From positions 8,076 to 72,075 of the forward strand of contig RDOA01000015.1 of assembly GCA_011364925.1 (NCBI GenBank): 64,000 nt of DNA, read 5' to 3'. The translations under genes were made by a program, and so were the position numbers. Source of the stretch: Promethearchaeota archaeon. GTDB taxonomy: Archaea; Asgardarchaeota; Lokiarchaeia; Sigyniarchaeales; SOKP01. The first letter of the stretch is position 1; each line of letters starts with the position of its first letter. Shown here one piece after another: positions 42,428 to 52,588 of this stretch. The notes beneath the pieces were generated by a model. That model was given only the letters and a program-made list of their open reading frames with translations, was not told the origin of the DNA and did no database searches.

Positions 42428-42883
42428 TCAAAAAATTGACCGGAATCTATCTTCGGTTTTTAGTTTTAAATCTCCTATTATTTCATTAATTCGAACTTCA
42501 AATTTTTGAAAGAATTTTTCTTTTTTTGAGAAAATATCGTTAAGAGAGTATCTATTTAAAAAACGGGAATTAACTTCCCTTAGATGTTTCTTTACAATGG
42601 TTGAATCTGTTTCTTTTTCAGTTATTGCGAAAGATATCAAAGGTTGCTTGTTCGATTCGTCGTCTGGTAAAGAGATTAAATCACAATAACATACCAGTTT
42701 AAATGAGGCTAGAGAAATGACATTTATATCATCACCAAATACTTCTGATGTGAAACTTTCGAGAGCAGAGAGAAAACCGGCTCTTAATTCGGGATCTAAC
42801 CCCACTCCAGTATCTGAATCATAATACTTTATATTTAAAAGATTCCGTATCCCTAAATTTATTCCAAGTTCTAAGATGGCCAT
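42428..42883 (-). CDS. Stand-alone longin-like protein
   Basis: LRAGFLSALESFTSEVFG..I.L; F..RY and FQKFE in the C-terminal helices. Confidence 0.7.
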   Translation of the reverse strand: MAILELGINLGIRNLLNIKYYDSDTGVGLDPELRAGFLSALESFTSEVFGDDINVISLASFKLVCYCDLISLPDDESNKQPLISFAITEKETDSTIVKKHLREVNSRFLNRYSLNDIFSKKEKFFQKFEVRINEIIGDLKLKTEDRFRSIF

Positions 42884-42984
42884 TTTTCAAATTAGGTCAA
42901 ATTTTAATTCTAACCTTATTAGGTTGTAAGTATAATAATAACTTTTTTGTTTTTTGATATAATATAATCGAGGTTTTATTAAAG

Positions 42985-43842
42985 TCATAGATTCATTTGG
43001 TTTTTATACGCATAGAAAGTGTTTTGTAGTAAGAAGCTAACAGTCATAGGACCCACGCCCCCGGGATTAGGTGTAATCCATGAGCACTTATCGAACACAC
43101 CTTCATAGTCAACATCACCGCATGTTTTTCCGTTAACTCTATTCGTTCCTACATCTAGAATAACAACGCCTTCTTTTATTTTCTCTTTAGTTATGAAATT
43201 GGGTTGACCTACTGCGACTATTAAAAGATCTGCTTTCTTAATAAACTCATTTATATTCACTGTTGATGTATGGCAGATCGAAACAGTAGCATTTCTTTTT
43301 AAAAGCATAAATACTAATGGTTTACCTACTAAATTAGACCGATTAATAATGACAGCGTATTTTCCTTTGATTTCTACATTATAGTGTTCTAAAAGAGAGA
43401 TTATCCCTTTTGGAGTACATGGTACGAGATCTTCCTTGTAGTCAAATAATTTCCCCCGATTGAACGGATGAAGTCCATCTACATCTTTTTGAGGACTTAT
43501 TTTCTCAATAAATTCATTAGTAGAATCTTTTAGTTCCTTTGGAAGAGGAAGTTGTAAAATTATACCATGAACAGAATTATCTTCATTGAACCGTTTTATT
43601 TCATTTAGTAAGGTTTCTTTTGAAGTCTCTTTCTCAAGATTTACAAGTAATGAATCTATTCCAACTTCAGAACAAGTTCTTCTCTTGATATTTAAATACA
43701 ATTCTGAAGCAGGATTATTACCAACAAGAATGCCCGCTAATTTTGGTTTCACACCAGTTTTTTTGGAAATCAATAGTACTTTCTCTTTTAATTCCAAGTT
43801 TAATTTTTGCGACAAGAGCTTTCCGTCTAATACTTTTCCCAT
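42985..43842 (-). CDS. folD: Methylene-THF dehydrogenase/cyclohydrolase
   Basis: GIILQLPLP, KDVDGLHP, PCTPKG, RSNLVGKP, PGGVGPMT. Confidence 0.97.
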   Translation of the reverse strand: MGKVLDGKLLSQKLNLELKEKVLLISKKTGVKPKLAGILVGNNPASELYLNIKRRTCSEVGIDSLLVNLEKETSKETLLNEIKRFNEDNSVHGIILQLPLPKELKDSTNEFIEKISPQKDVDGLHPFNRGKLFDYKEDLVPCTPKGIISLLEHYNVEIKGKYAVIINRSNLVGKPLVFMLLKRNATVSICHTSTVNINEFIKKADLLIVAVGQPNFITKEKIKEGVVILDVGTNRVNGKTCGDVDYEGVFDKCSWITPNPGGVGPMTVSFLLQNTFYAYKNQMNL

Positions 43843-43945
43843 AATAATCTTTACTATCGAAAGTGTTAACTTAATTTAAATTATAAACAAGGTTTTAATA
43901 GAAATAAAAAGAATTATTATAAGCTTATTAAATGATAAAAAGAGT

Positions 43946-45055
43946 TTAAATTCTTCGACGACGCTGAATTATGTAAGCAATCAAAACAATTGCTCCAATA
44001 ACTGTTAATAATATAATTAAAATTATATAATTAAACTCGACCATGAATATATCTTCGTTCAATAAATCTAATAAACCTAGTGATTGTAAAATCTTGAATG
44101 CAGAATAAGTTGTACCAATAGAAGAAAATTTTTGATCAGTCCCTTCAATCGAATCGCCAAAACCACCATCAAGAAAATTTTGATGTTTTAAGACCCAATT
44201 TGAGGTTGCGTCTTTATTTAATTCATTTATATCTATAATTTTAATTCCTTCAACGCAGAGAAGGGTACTTCCTAATAATGTAACTTCAGAAAATAGATCT
44301 GGTAAATATCCACCATAGTTATCAAGATTATTAGAATCTCCGATATAAAGCGACTTAAAGTAATCGAGTGTCGCAGTTGTGTTTACTAAATTACTAATTG
44401 TACCTAATTCGGTTGTTAAATAAACCGCAAAATTGGTTGTTGTTAAAGTAGATGGTAGAGTTTGGTTTCCTCCATAGCCACCATCAGAATTATAGCATGA
44501 TGAGATCCAATTTAAATGTGTTGTCTTATTTTTGACTGGTTCATTAAGCAAAGAATATATATTATAAATGTAGTATGTTGAAACCATGTTAGCATGCCCA
44601 GATTCGTTTGTGGGACTAAATCCTCCACCAATTTGGTAAGTTTCATTTATATATCTATAAATTTTATTATGAAGAGATGTATTTAATGCTGTACTTAATG
44701 GTTCCAATACATTTAAAGCTTCTAAGTTATATTTTATAGTGTATATATCGATTGTTTCAGAAGAAAACATTTGATTAATTTCATTTTTAAGGTAATTTTT
44801 CAATTTGAGGATGTCAACGCTTTTGGTCCCGCTAAATGCGTTATAATAGGCTATAATTTCTATTGCATTAGCAGTTTCTTGGGAATTAACGCCAAAACTT
44901 TGATCTTTATGTTGATATTTGTAAATAAAATCAACTAGATAACTCTCACGGGTTTTCGCGAGCACGATAGGAGTGATACTTAACATTACTATAATAACTA
45001 AAAACACAAATGATAAATTTCGAACTCTCTTATTCAAATCGAAGTGAAACCCCAA
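43946..45055 (-). CDS. Membrane-anchored prenyltransferase/squalene-oxidase-repeat protein
   Basis: N-terminal signal peptide, repeats QIGGGF / NSDGGYG / QNFLDGGFG, C-terminal TM plus RRRR. Confidence 0.8.
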   Translation of the reverse strand: MGFHFDLNKRVRNLSFVFLVIIVMLSITPIVLAKTRESYLVDFIYKYQHKDQSFGVNSQETANAIEIIAYYNAFSGTKSVDILKLKNYLKNEINQMFSSETIDIYTIKYNLEALNVLEPLSTALNTSLHNKIYRYINETYQIGGGFSPTNESGHANMVSTYYIYNIYSLLNEPVKNKTTHLNWISSCYNSDGGYGGNQTLPSTLTTTNFAVYLTTELGTISNLVNTTATLDYFKSLYIGDSNNLDNYGGYLPDLFSEVTLLGSTLLCVEGIKIIDINELNKDATSNWVLKHQNFLDGGFGDSIEGTDQKFSSIGTTYSAFKILQSLGLLDLLNEDIFMVEFNYIILIILLTVIGAIVLIAYIIQRRRRI

Positions 45056-45184
45056 TCTGGTTTTAACTAAAATTTTAATTTTTTAAATTTAACGTATAAT
45101 TAAAAATTAACGATCTTTTGTGTTTTCAGTCAGATTATCTAAGAAATTATATTAGAATAAGATGTAATTTGATAGAAGGTTAAA

Positions 45185-46711
45185 CTAAAAAATTTCACTT
45201 ATGCTCTTGTATAGAGTAGCACTATTGGACTGAAATTGTTCGTGGGTTACAAATAAACTTTGAAAGCTTGGAAGACTCCCAAGTATGCTCGCACCATTAA
45301 ATATAGCAAACTGTAAGTTTTCTGGGACAAAAAATCTTAAAACTTCTTCTGATGATTCGTAGAAACCTGAAAATTCTTTTGCAGGTGTAGTATTCTTAAT
45401 AATCTCGGGAGGAATCTCTGGAATTCTTGTTGTTTGAATACTTGCTCCACAATACGGACAAAAAAATGACTTAACGTCTTCAATTTCTTTATTACAATTA
45501 GAACATAAAATTTTGCCACCTTCAAGCTTGGAATTTTTAGCCATTTTTACACCTCCAATTGTAAGTTCTGGTAATGCGATTCGACCGTTACAAGATGGAC
45601 AAAATTCTTTACCATCTGTAAGATCTACAAGCGTACCACAATGTGGGCATGTATCTTCCTTCTTTTGCGATTTTTCCTTTGGTTTTAACTTTTGCCTTCC
45701 TTCCCGCGAAGGTTGAGTAATTTTAGGTTTAGGGATCTTTCCTAATTGAGGGAGTAATTGGTTTAATTCTAATCTCAGTCTCTCTTCAAATCCAGAATAT
45801 GAGAGATTTCCACCCGAAATCATAATATGAGAAAGAAGATCACTCCAGAAGTATTTATCGATTCCTTGTAAACTATTTATCATTGCCTCTGGTATATTCA
45901 TAATATTATATCCCAATAAATTAGGCTTAAACATTACCTCTGGAGCTTCATGGAAAATATAATTTGGAATATTAATGTTTGAACCATCTGGCATCGCAAA
46001 ACTATAACTTTCATCTACTTTTGGAGGGTTCTCGGGATCTAAAGCAAAAAAACAATTCTTTTCTTTGATATCTTTAACTATTTCATCTACAGCGCTTGAT
46101 TCTATATTGATCCCTTCTCTCATAAGCAAATTTTTTAAATGCTGATTTACATCTATACCAGCTAAAGTTAATTTTTGGACTGATTGCTCAACCATTTCTC
46201 CATTTAGAATCGGGCATACCCAAGTTATCCCATCACCACTTTCTACAACAATTCCAGTCGTAAGACCTACACTGAATAGTGAAAGTATTGGTGTTGGGAT
46301 CATTATTAAACTTTTTACTCTATGCGTTTCAAACAAAACTCGGGCAATGTATTCCTTAGTCTCTCGTTGAACAAATGGAGATTCAGTATATAACACGGGA
46401 TAATTAGCCATGTTTTCGATTCTAAGTAACGAATAAAAGATGTAATTTAATATTTCATAGTAGTCGTTCCAATCCGTTATCGCACCTCGTTCGATTGGGT
46501 GCTTTATTTTTAGAACACCTCTCATTTTTGAAGCGTCTGATCCAATATATATATTTCGAGCTCCCACATCAACCATCACAGCTTTATATTTTTCTGTACC
46601 TGTGATTGTGGGGAACACAAATCTAGGACTGGGCTCTCCTGCGAATCCTATTTTAGTGTAGGCTGATCCAATGTCAACAATAATCGGAGTTCCGGGTAAT
46701 GGGATTGCCAT
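45185..46711 (-). CDS. Actin-related protein with double zinc-ribbon insertion
   Basis: IVDIGSAYTKIGFAGEPSPRFVFP, HPIERG, ESGDG, ISGGN, GASILGSLPSFQ; insert with four CxxC pairs. Confidence 0.95.
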   Translation of the reverse strand: MAIPLPGTPIIVDIGSAYTKIGFAGEPSPRFVFPTITGTEKYKAVMVDVGARNIYIGSDASKMRGVLKIKHPIERGAITDWNDYYEILNYIFYSLLRIENMANYPVLYTESPFVQRETKEYIARVLFETHRVKSLIMIPTPILSLFSVGLTTGIVVESGDGITWVCPILNGEMVEQSVQKLTLAGIDVNQHLKNLLMREGINIESSAVDEIVKDIKEKNCFFALDPENPPKVDESYSFAMPDGSNINIPNYIFHEAPEVMFKPNLLGYNIMNIPEAMINSLQGIDKYFWSDLLSHIMISGGNLSYSGFEERLRLELNQLLPQLGKIPKPKITQPSREGRQKLKPKEKSQKKEDTCPHCGTLVDLTDGKEFCPSCNGRIALPELTIGGVKMAKNSKLEGGKILCSNCNKEIEDVKSFFCPYCGASIQTTRIPEIPPEIIKNTTPAKEFSGFYESSEEVLRFFVPENLQFAIFNGASILGSLPSFQSLFVTHEQFQSNSATLYKSISEIF

Positions 46712-46914
46712 GCTATGATCAATTAAATTTTTTAAAGTTCTATGTTCTTTTATATAAATCTCTTAATATAAGTATTAGTAAAATACTATTATAAATTGAT
46801 TTTCCTTAATTAAATAATTTTTCCAAAAGAAGAAAGATATTTTGAAATATTAAATTAGGATGAATACCTTATTAGTGAGAGAATTAGGCAATACTTTTTT
46901 TGTCAAGAATAAAT

Positions 46915-47337
46915 TTACTCGATTTTTAAAGATTTTTCTAACTTCTTTTCTATATCTTCTAGCTCCACGAAAAGAGTTTTATAAGTTTTAAGTAAATAGT
47001 GACCCCAATCGTTTAATTTAACCCATCCTCCTCCACCAAGACCCCCTTTTTTGGTTTCTACGGGTGATCTTCCTGATCGCTCTTTAATTTTTTTTAAGAT
47101 ATTCCACGCATATTTATAAGAGTATCCACATTCCATTGCCGCTTTGGTTAATGATTTGGGCTCACCCATATCAGCATCATTAATAGAATCAAGTAATTTA
47201 GCCCAGCCTGATCCTAATATGTTTTTGCGATCCTCATCTTGAAATTCTAACCAAAATTTAATACCAAAACCAATTTTACTTTTTAATTTTTCAAAGTTCG
47301 AGTTTTTACTCAATTTTTCACTAGATGGATCTTCCAT
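46915..47337 (-). CDS. ModE-like winged-HTH regulator
   Basis: SLTKAAMECGYSYKYAW, VETKKGGLGGGG. Confidence 0.88.
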   Translation of the reverse strand: MEDPSSEKLSKNSNFEKLKSKIGFGIKFWLEFQDEDRKNILGSGWAKLLDSINDADMGEPKSLTKAAMECGYSYKYAWNILKKIKERSGRSPVETKKGGLGGGGWVKLNDWGHYLLKTYKTLFVELEDIEKKLEKSLKIE

Positions 47338-47443
47338 ATTAATTAATTGATTTCCTCGTTTTAATTGTTTTTTATAGGAGTAAAGAGAAAAACATTAAAG
47401 TTAAGTCAATTTTTATTTTGTAAAATACCGATTGGTGTCGAAC

Positions 47444-48196
47444 ATGTTTTTTTCTGGTTCAGAGAGTCCAGCAAAAAGAGGACAAAAAGTAATTGGAGAA
47501 GTCTATTATTTTGAAGAAAATCCGATGCTAGACTGTAATCAATTCGTGATAAACGACAGAAAAACTGGGGAGCTCGCACTTTTTGATTCTGGAAACGGTA
47601 TATCCTTAAAAAGCCTATTCGAAGGTATGAAAACATTGGGATTAAATTATCAAAATATAACTAAAGTATATCTAACACACGAGCATGTAGATCATGTTCT
47701 TGGGTTATATCCACTTATGAACATTTTGAAAAATAATCCCCCCGAATTGCACGCGTATGGTGAAACAGCTAAGATCTTGCGTGAGGGAGATGAATCAAAA
47801 ATCTTTCCGGGAAATCTAGGAATCAGCCCTAAAATGTTTGGTTTAGAAATTAACCCTTTAGCTATCAATGAACTTGATATTAATGAACCTATTCAAATAG
47901 GGTCAGAAATCTCGTTTCAAGTTTATTATACTCCTGGTCACTCGCTAGGTTCAATTTCTTACTATGAACCAAATAAAAAAATCCTAATTCCCGGAGATTT
48001 AGTGTTTACAGGAGGGAGTTTTGGAAGATACGATTTTCCAGGGGGATCTTTAGGCGCGTTAATTGAATCTATTAAGTTTGTTAATGAATTGGATGTAAAA
48101 TATTTACTTCCAGGACATATGGGGATAAGTGACAATGGAAACCAACAAATCGATTATTCCTACAAAATGGTTCAATCACTTAAAAACTACTTTTAA
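47444..48196 (+). CDS. MBL-fold metallo-hydrolase
   Basis: THEHVDH, TPGHS, GD, LLPGH. Confidence 0.92.
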   Translation: MFFSGSESPAKRGQKVIGEVYYFEENPMLDCNQFVINDRKTGELALFDSGNGISLKSLFEGMKTLGLNYQNITKVYLTHEHVDHVLGLYPLMNILKNNPPELHAYGETAKILREGDESKIFPGNLGISPKMFGLEINPLAINELDINEPIQIGSEISFQVYYTPGHSLGSISYYEPNKKILIPGDLVFTGGSFGRYDFPGGSLGALIESIKFVNELDVKYLLPGHMGISDNGNQQIDYSYKMVQSLKNYF

Positions 48197-48361
48197 CATT
48201 TAATACATACAGCCCAACTATTTCATCTAATTATGAATCTAAAAAACCTAAATTCATATCTCTCTTGATATGTAATTGATAAGAACATTTTTTAAGTCAG
48301 ATTCTATATAAAAGTTAATCACTACATTAAAAAAAATATCAAATTATAATTTGTGATTAAA

Positions 48362-49024
48362 ATGTCTGAAAAAAAAGAAAAAGCGGTAACTGAAATTTAT
48401 CTTAGATCGTACCCAAAAGTTATCTTTTTTTGGCCAACGGCACTTGTATCGTTAGTACTATGGCTTTTGCAATTGATTTATCCAACACCCGTTGCGTGGT
48501 TCGGGAATGTCTGGCTAATAGTATTTTTTGTAAATATGTTTATCGTAGCGTTCGATTTTAGCAGTACGAAATTTTTTGTTTTAATCCTTGTTGTCGTAGT
48601 TGTGATTATACTCCTGATTTTCCTTGTACCAGATTTATTTTCTGGAATTGGGACAGGATCATTTAATCCAGGATTGACTGCAGAATTCTATTTTGTTGTC
48701 ACAATCATAATGGCATTTATTTTAGGGCTTGTTGTATTGGGATCTCGATTCGACTATTGGAAAATTGAAAGAAATGAGATTTACCATAAAACTGGAATCT
48801 TCTCAAGTGCAGAAAGAATTCCTACAAAAAGCCTTAGAATTAAGAAGGAAATCCCAGATGTATTTGAATTTTTCATCCTACGTGCAGGCTCAATTACGCT
48901 TATGCCAGGCCATGGTGATGTCATCCCCTTACAAACCGTGCTTAATGTCAACAAAAAGCAGAAACAGATTGACTTCTTATTAAGTTACGTTTCAGTAGAA
49001 CCCGATGAAGTAGACAACATATAA
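48362..49024 (+). CDS. Membrane protein with about 4 TM helices and a soluble C-terminal domain
   Basis: Hydrophobic segments, then IYHKTGIFS..ERIP. Confidence 0.75.
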   Translation: MSEKKEKAVTEIYLRSYPKVIFFWPTALVSLVLWLLQLIYPTPVAWFGNVWLIVFFVNMFIVAFDFSSTKFFVLILVVVVVIILLIFLVPDLFSGIGTGSFNPGLTAEFYFVVTIIMAFILGLVVLGSRFDYWKIERNEIYHKTGIFSSAERIPTKSLRIKKEIPDVFEFFILRAGSITLMPGHGDVIPLQTVLNVNKKQKQIDFLLSYVSVEPDEVDNI

Positions 49025-49090
49025 AATTGCATTTTTTTTTTTATTTTTTAATTAAATTTATGAAGTAATCTATATTTTTAAGTAATATTA

Positions 49091-49816
49091 ATGACATATC
49101 CTCTTATCTTATTATTCGATTTTGACGGCGTAGTAATTACTCAAAAAGCTCTTGAATTTACTGCTTTAAAATTTCTTAAAAAAGAATTTTATAACTGGAA
49201 AAATACTGAATCATTAAGATTAATAGATTTTGCTCGGCTATTTGAGGAATCAGACTCCAGTAATAGATTAAAAGCACTTTTTAATGTTTATCGCGTATAT
49301 AAAAATTATATCCCAAGTCGATGGAGGCGGATCTTATTTTTTATAAAATTTAGGAGAACTTATCCAAAATATGAAAAATATGAGACTCTTAAACCTAACT
49401 TGAAGGATACATTACTAGAATTAAAAAAAAAAGGAGTAATATTTGGGATTGTATCTAATACAAGTGGAGAAAGAATAGCTTTTTTCAGAAAGGAATTAAA
49501 TTTAGATGAGTATTTTTCCGTTTATATTACTCGTGATGATTCAATAATAAGGAAACCTCATGCTTATCCCGTTTTAATTGCGTTAAGGCAAATCAAAAGA
49601 GTTTTAGATGTCCCTATAGATAAGTCAAAGGTGTACCTAATTGGAGACCTTCCAACTGATATCGAATGCGCAATCAATGCGGGAGTGAAGAGTATTGCGC
49701 TACTTTCAGGTCATGGCACTCAAACTGACTTGGAAATGGCTAATCCAACGATTGTTCTTCAAGAAATTAAGGATATTTTAGAGATTGACCCATTCAAAAA
49801 TTTATTATTAGATTAA
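49091..49816 (+). CDS. HAD-family hydrolase
   Basis: FDFDG, VSN, KPH, IGDLPTD. Confidence 0.92.
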   Translation: MTYPLILLFDFDGVVITQKALEFTALKFLKKEFYNWKNTESLRLIDFARLFEESDSSNRLKALFNVYRVYKNYIPSRWRRILFFIKFRRTYPKYEKYETLKPNLKDTLLELKKKGVIFGIVSNTSGERIAFFRKELNLDEYFSVYITRDDSIIRKPHAYPVLIALRQIKRVLDVPIDKSKVYLIGDLPTDIECAINAGVKSIALLSGHGTQTDLEMANPTIVLQEIKDILEIDPFKNLLLD

Positions 49817-49835
49817 TTATTAAATCTCTTTAATA

Positions 49836-52571
49836 ATGTTTAATCTGGAAGAGTTTGAACAAGATCAAGTAGTATATCCTCTCGTTGAAAAACTTAGTAA
49901 GTTACTTGAAAAGAATAAGATTGATAAGATTGAAAAAGTGATTAAACAGTTAGAAGAACTTTTAAGAGAGGAAGAGCATGCCACAACTGTTTCCTATATT
50001 CTTAGTATCATAGCAGAAATCAATCCTAACTTAATTAGTGAGAGTATACTTACTGAACTAGAAAGCTATATTACCACGGGCAATCCAAAATTAAAAATTA
50101 ATACATTCATTATAATTGGATTTGCAATGCTTTCAGATCAGAAATATCTTGATAGGTATTTACCAGAATTTATTCTCCATCTAAAAGATTTAAACAAAGA
50201 TGTGCGAGGTAATATCTATTACTTTTTACAGGAGGTTGGAAATTCTAAGCCTGAAAGGTTATGCGCTTATAAAATTGATATTATAAATGCGTTAAAAACC
50301 GAAAATGTTGAAGAGAATCTAATTTCGCTAATGAGTTTTCTTGAAAAATGTACGCAATTTGACTTTGAAAACTTATACAATGTTAGAGAAGTTTTAAAAA
50401 CACTCGTTAAACGGTATTATTCCACTGACTCTTCTGCAATTTATAATAAAATATTAAATCTAGTGAAAAAGTTATTTCCATCCATTAATGATTTAAACGT
50501 TGAGGATTATGGATTAGATCAGATTTTAGACGCTGTTCAGAATTGCTTTTTAATGAAGAAACACAATTTTACTGAGATATCTGAGTCACTAAATGTTGAT
50601 TTAAAAGATTACATTAAAAATTTGAGTGAGAAAGACCATAACGACCGAAAGATATCTTTTTACATAAACCAAAAGGAACAAAAAGAAACATATATCTATG
50701 AACTTGAGAAGGAAAAACTATTAGATTTATTCGGAAAGGAAGAAAAATTACAAAAAAAGAATATTCTTCGGGTTTTTTCTCCGATTATTCATACAGAGCC
50801 CGAATTAAGACAATTTATAAATATGTTAATTAAACTAGGGCATATAAAAGGATTTTATTCAAAATTGGGTTTCTTTTACTCGTATAATTATTTAAAATCA
50901 GAAATATTAAATGATTTTTATAATCATGGAACAATTGATCTTACGAAATTTGACTATTTCCCCCCTGAATTCGTTAATAATATTATAAGAGATATATCAG
51001 ATCTAACTAAACAAGTATTTCTGATGGGGAAAAATAACACTACTTACTATTCTTTAAAAAAAATTCAACAAGAAATTAACACTGAAGCAGCGAAGAATAC
51101 TATTATTGATTTAAAAGAATACCGTGAACATCTATTAGAAAAGGATTTTATTCGACTGATCAAAAATCTCCCAAAGGGTTATTTAACTTTCTTTAGATCA
51201 GGGACTCAATGGTTAACAAATGTTGGATTATTGAAGGTTAAAAAAGAGATTGAAAATTCTAAACTTATTGGATATTATTCAATTCCAATGCTCTCAGAAA
51301 AATTACATGTTAAAAGAGAGTTGTTAGTTCAAGTTCTTGAGACCTTCATTGATATTAGAAGTGGAATATTCGATAAAAACAAGGAAATTTTCTATTATAC
51401 TAAGTTTCTAAATCAGGAGATCGAGAAAATTAACACGATAATAGATCAAAACGAGAGAGAGAAACAAATAAACTTAATGGCAAAAAATTTAAACATCGAT
51501 AGGAGTCATATCATTACAAAATTGGACGAGAATTTAAAATCAATAGGGGAAGAAATTAAGGAGATGGACACGATCAAAATTAACGATTATATTGAAAAAA
51601 CAGGCATGTCCTATAACCTGTTTATCGAATTTATCAATGATCTCGGTTTAAATTATTTCAAGAAAGGAGGCGAACTCATTTTTAAGGAGAGTAAAATCGA
51701 AGAATCTAAGCACAATATTAAACTAATGCTGATTAATAAATCTAAATCTGAGGACATCATACATTTGGGAGATCTCGATGTTACTTCTAGTATCGTTGAG
51801 GAATTACTTAAGGAGCTCCAAAACGATGAAAAAGTTAATGGAGTTTTTCATTTTCACGACGGGGAGCTAATTTTTTACACTGAAAAAGGAATTGAAAATT
51901 TAATGTTGGAAAATAGTTTCATGTTTTCATTTAATGATTTTTTTTACGATAAAATCTTGGATGATAAAGAAATAGAAACTTTATTATCTATTTTTAATAA
52001 GTTGGTTAGTAAGAAGCTTTTGAAAGGCACTTTTGATAATGATTCGTTAACATTTGCCAGTTCTGATGTAATCTTCGCACAAGATTATAATAAAATTTTA
52101 TCTCAATTCGAAAAAATAGTAACAGAATATACGACGATTTTTAAAACTGAATTTGAAAAGATTAAGAAGATTTTGACTAAATCTAAAGAAACGATATTTC
52201 CTCAAGAAATTAAATTTATCCAAGAAAGAATTGATTTGATCAACGAAAAGTATATACATTGGAGAAACGGAATAGAATCGTTTGTAAGAAAAGCTAATGC
52301 TTCACTCCTAAAGAAGCAAGGGTTTACCATCAAAAAATACAAAACTATGACGATTTCAGCAGAAAAAAAAGATGAAATTAAGTATTTTGAAGAAGATCCA
52401 TATATTCTTGATTTAATTTCTGAGTTTAATAAATGGGTAAAAGCATTCAATGAGTTAGAATTAAAATATGGGAATGTAATATTTTATCAAAAAAGATTAA
52501 TAAATGATGCAGATAATAAGGACAGTAGGAAAGTATTAGATGATTTATTGAAGAAATTAAACTTAATCTAA
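49836..52571 (+). CDS. HEAT/ARM repeats plus tandem winged-helix (PCI/UFL1-like) scaffold protein
   Basis: N-terminal HEAT-like helices (LKDLNKDVR); repeated WH-like units (LIKLGHIKG, EILNDFYNHGTIDL, LSEKLHV, LVSKKLLKGTFD); helical tail. Confidence 0.65.
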   Translation: MFNLEEFEQDQVVYPLVEKLSKLLEKNKIDKIEKVIKQLEELLREEEHATTVSYILSIIAEINPNLISESILTELESYITTGNPKLKINTFIIIGFAMLSDQKYLDRYLPEFILHLKDLNKDVRGNIYYFLQEVGNSKPERLCAYKIDIINALKTENVEENLISLMSFLEKCTQFDFENLYNVREVLKTLVKRYYSTDSSAIYNKILNLVKKLFPSINDLNVEDYGLDQILDAVQNCFLMKKHNFTEISESLNVDLKDYIKNLSEKDHNDRKISFYINQKEQKETYIYELEKEKLLDLFGKEEKLQKKNILRVFSPIIHTEPELRQFINMLIKLGHIKGFYSKLGFFYSYNYLKSEILNDFYNHGTIDLTKFDYFPPEFVNNIIRDISDLTKQVFLMGKNNTTYYSLKKIQQEINTEAAKNTIIDLKEYREHLLEKDFIRLIKNLPKGYLTFFRSGTQWLTNVGLLKVKKEIENSKLIGYYSIPMLSEKLHVKRELLVQVLETFIDIRSGIFDKNKEIFYYTKFLNQEIEKINTIIDQNEREKQINLMAKNLNIDRSHIITKLDENLKSIGEEIKEMDTIKINDYIEKTGMSYNLFIEFINDLGLNYFKKGGELIFKESKIEESKHNIKLMLINKSKSEDIIHLGDLDVTSSIVEELLKELQNDEKVNGVFHFHDGELIFYTEKGIENLMLENSFMFSFNDFFYDKILDDKEIETLLSIFNKLVSKKLLKGTFDNDSLTFASSDVIFAQDYNKILSQFEKIVTEYTTIFKTEFEKIKKILTKSKETIFPQEIKFIQERIDLINEKYIHWRNGIESFVRKANASLLKKQGFTIKKYKTMTISAEKKDEIKYFEEDPYILDLISEFNKWVKAFNELELKYGNVIFYQKRLINDADNKDSRKVLDDLLKKLNLI

Positions 52572-52588
52572 ACAATTATAATTATCAC

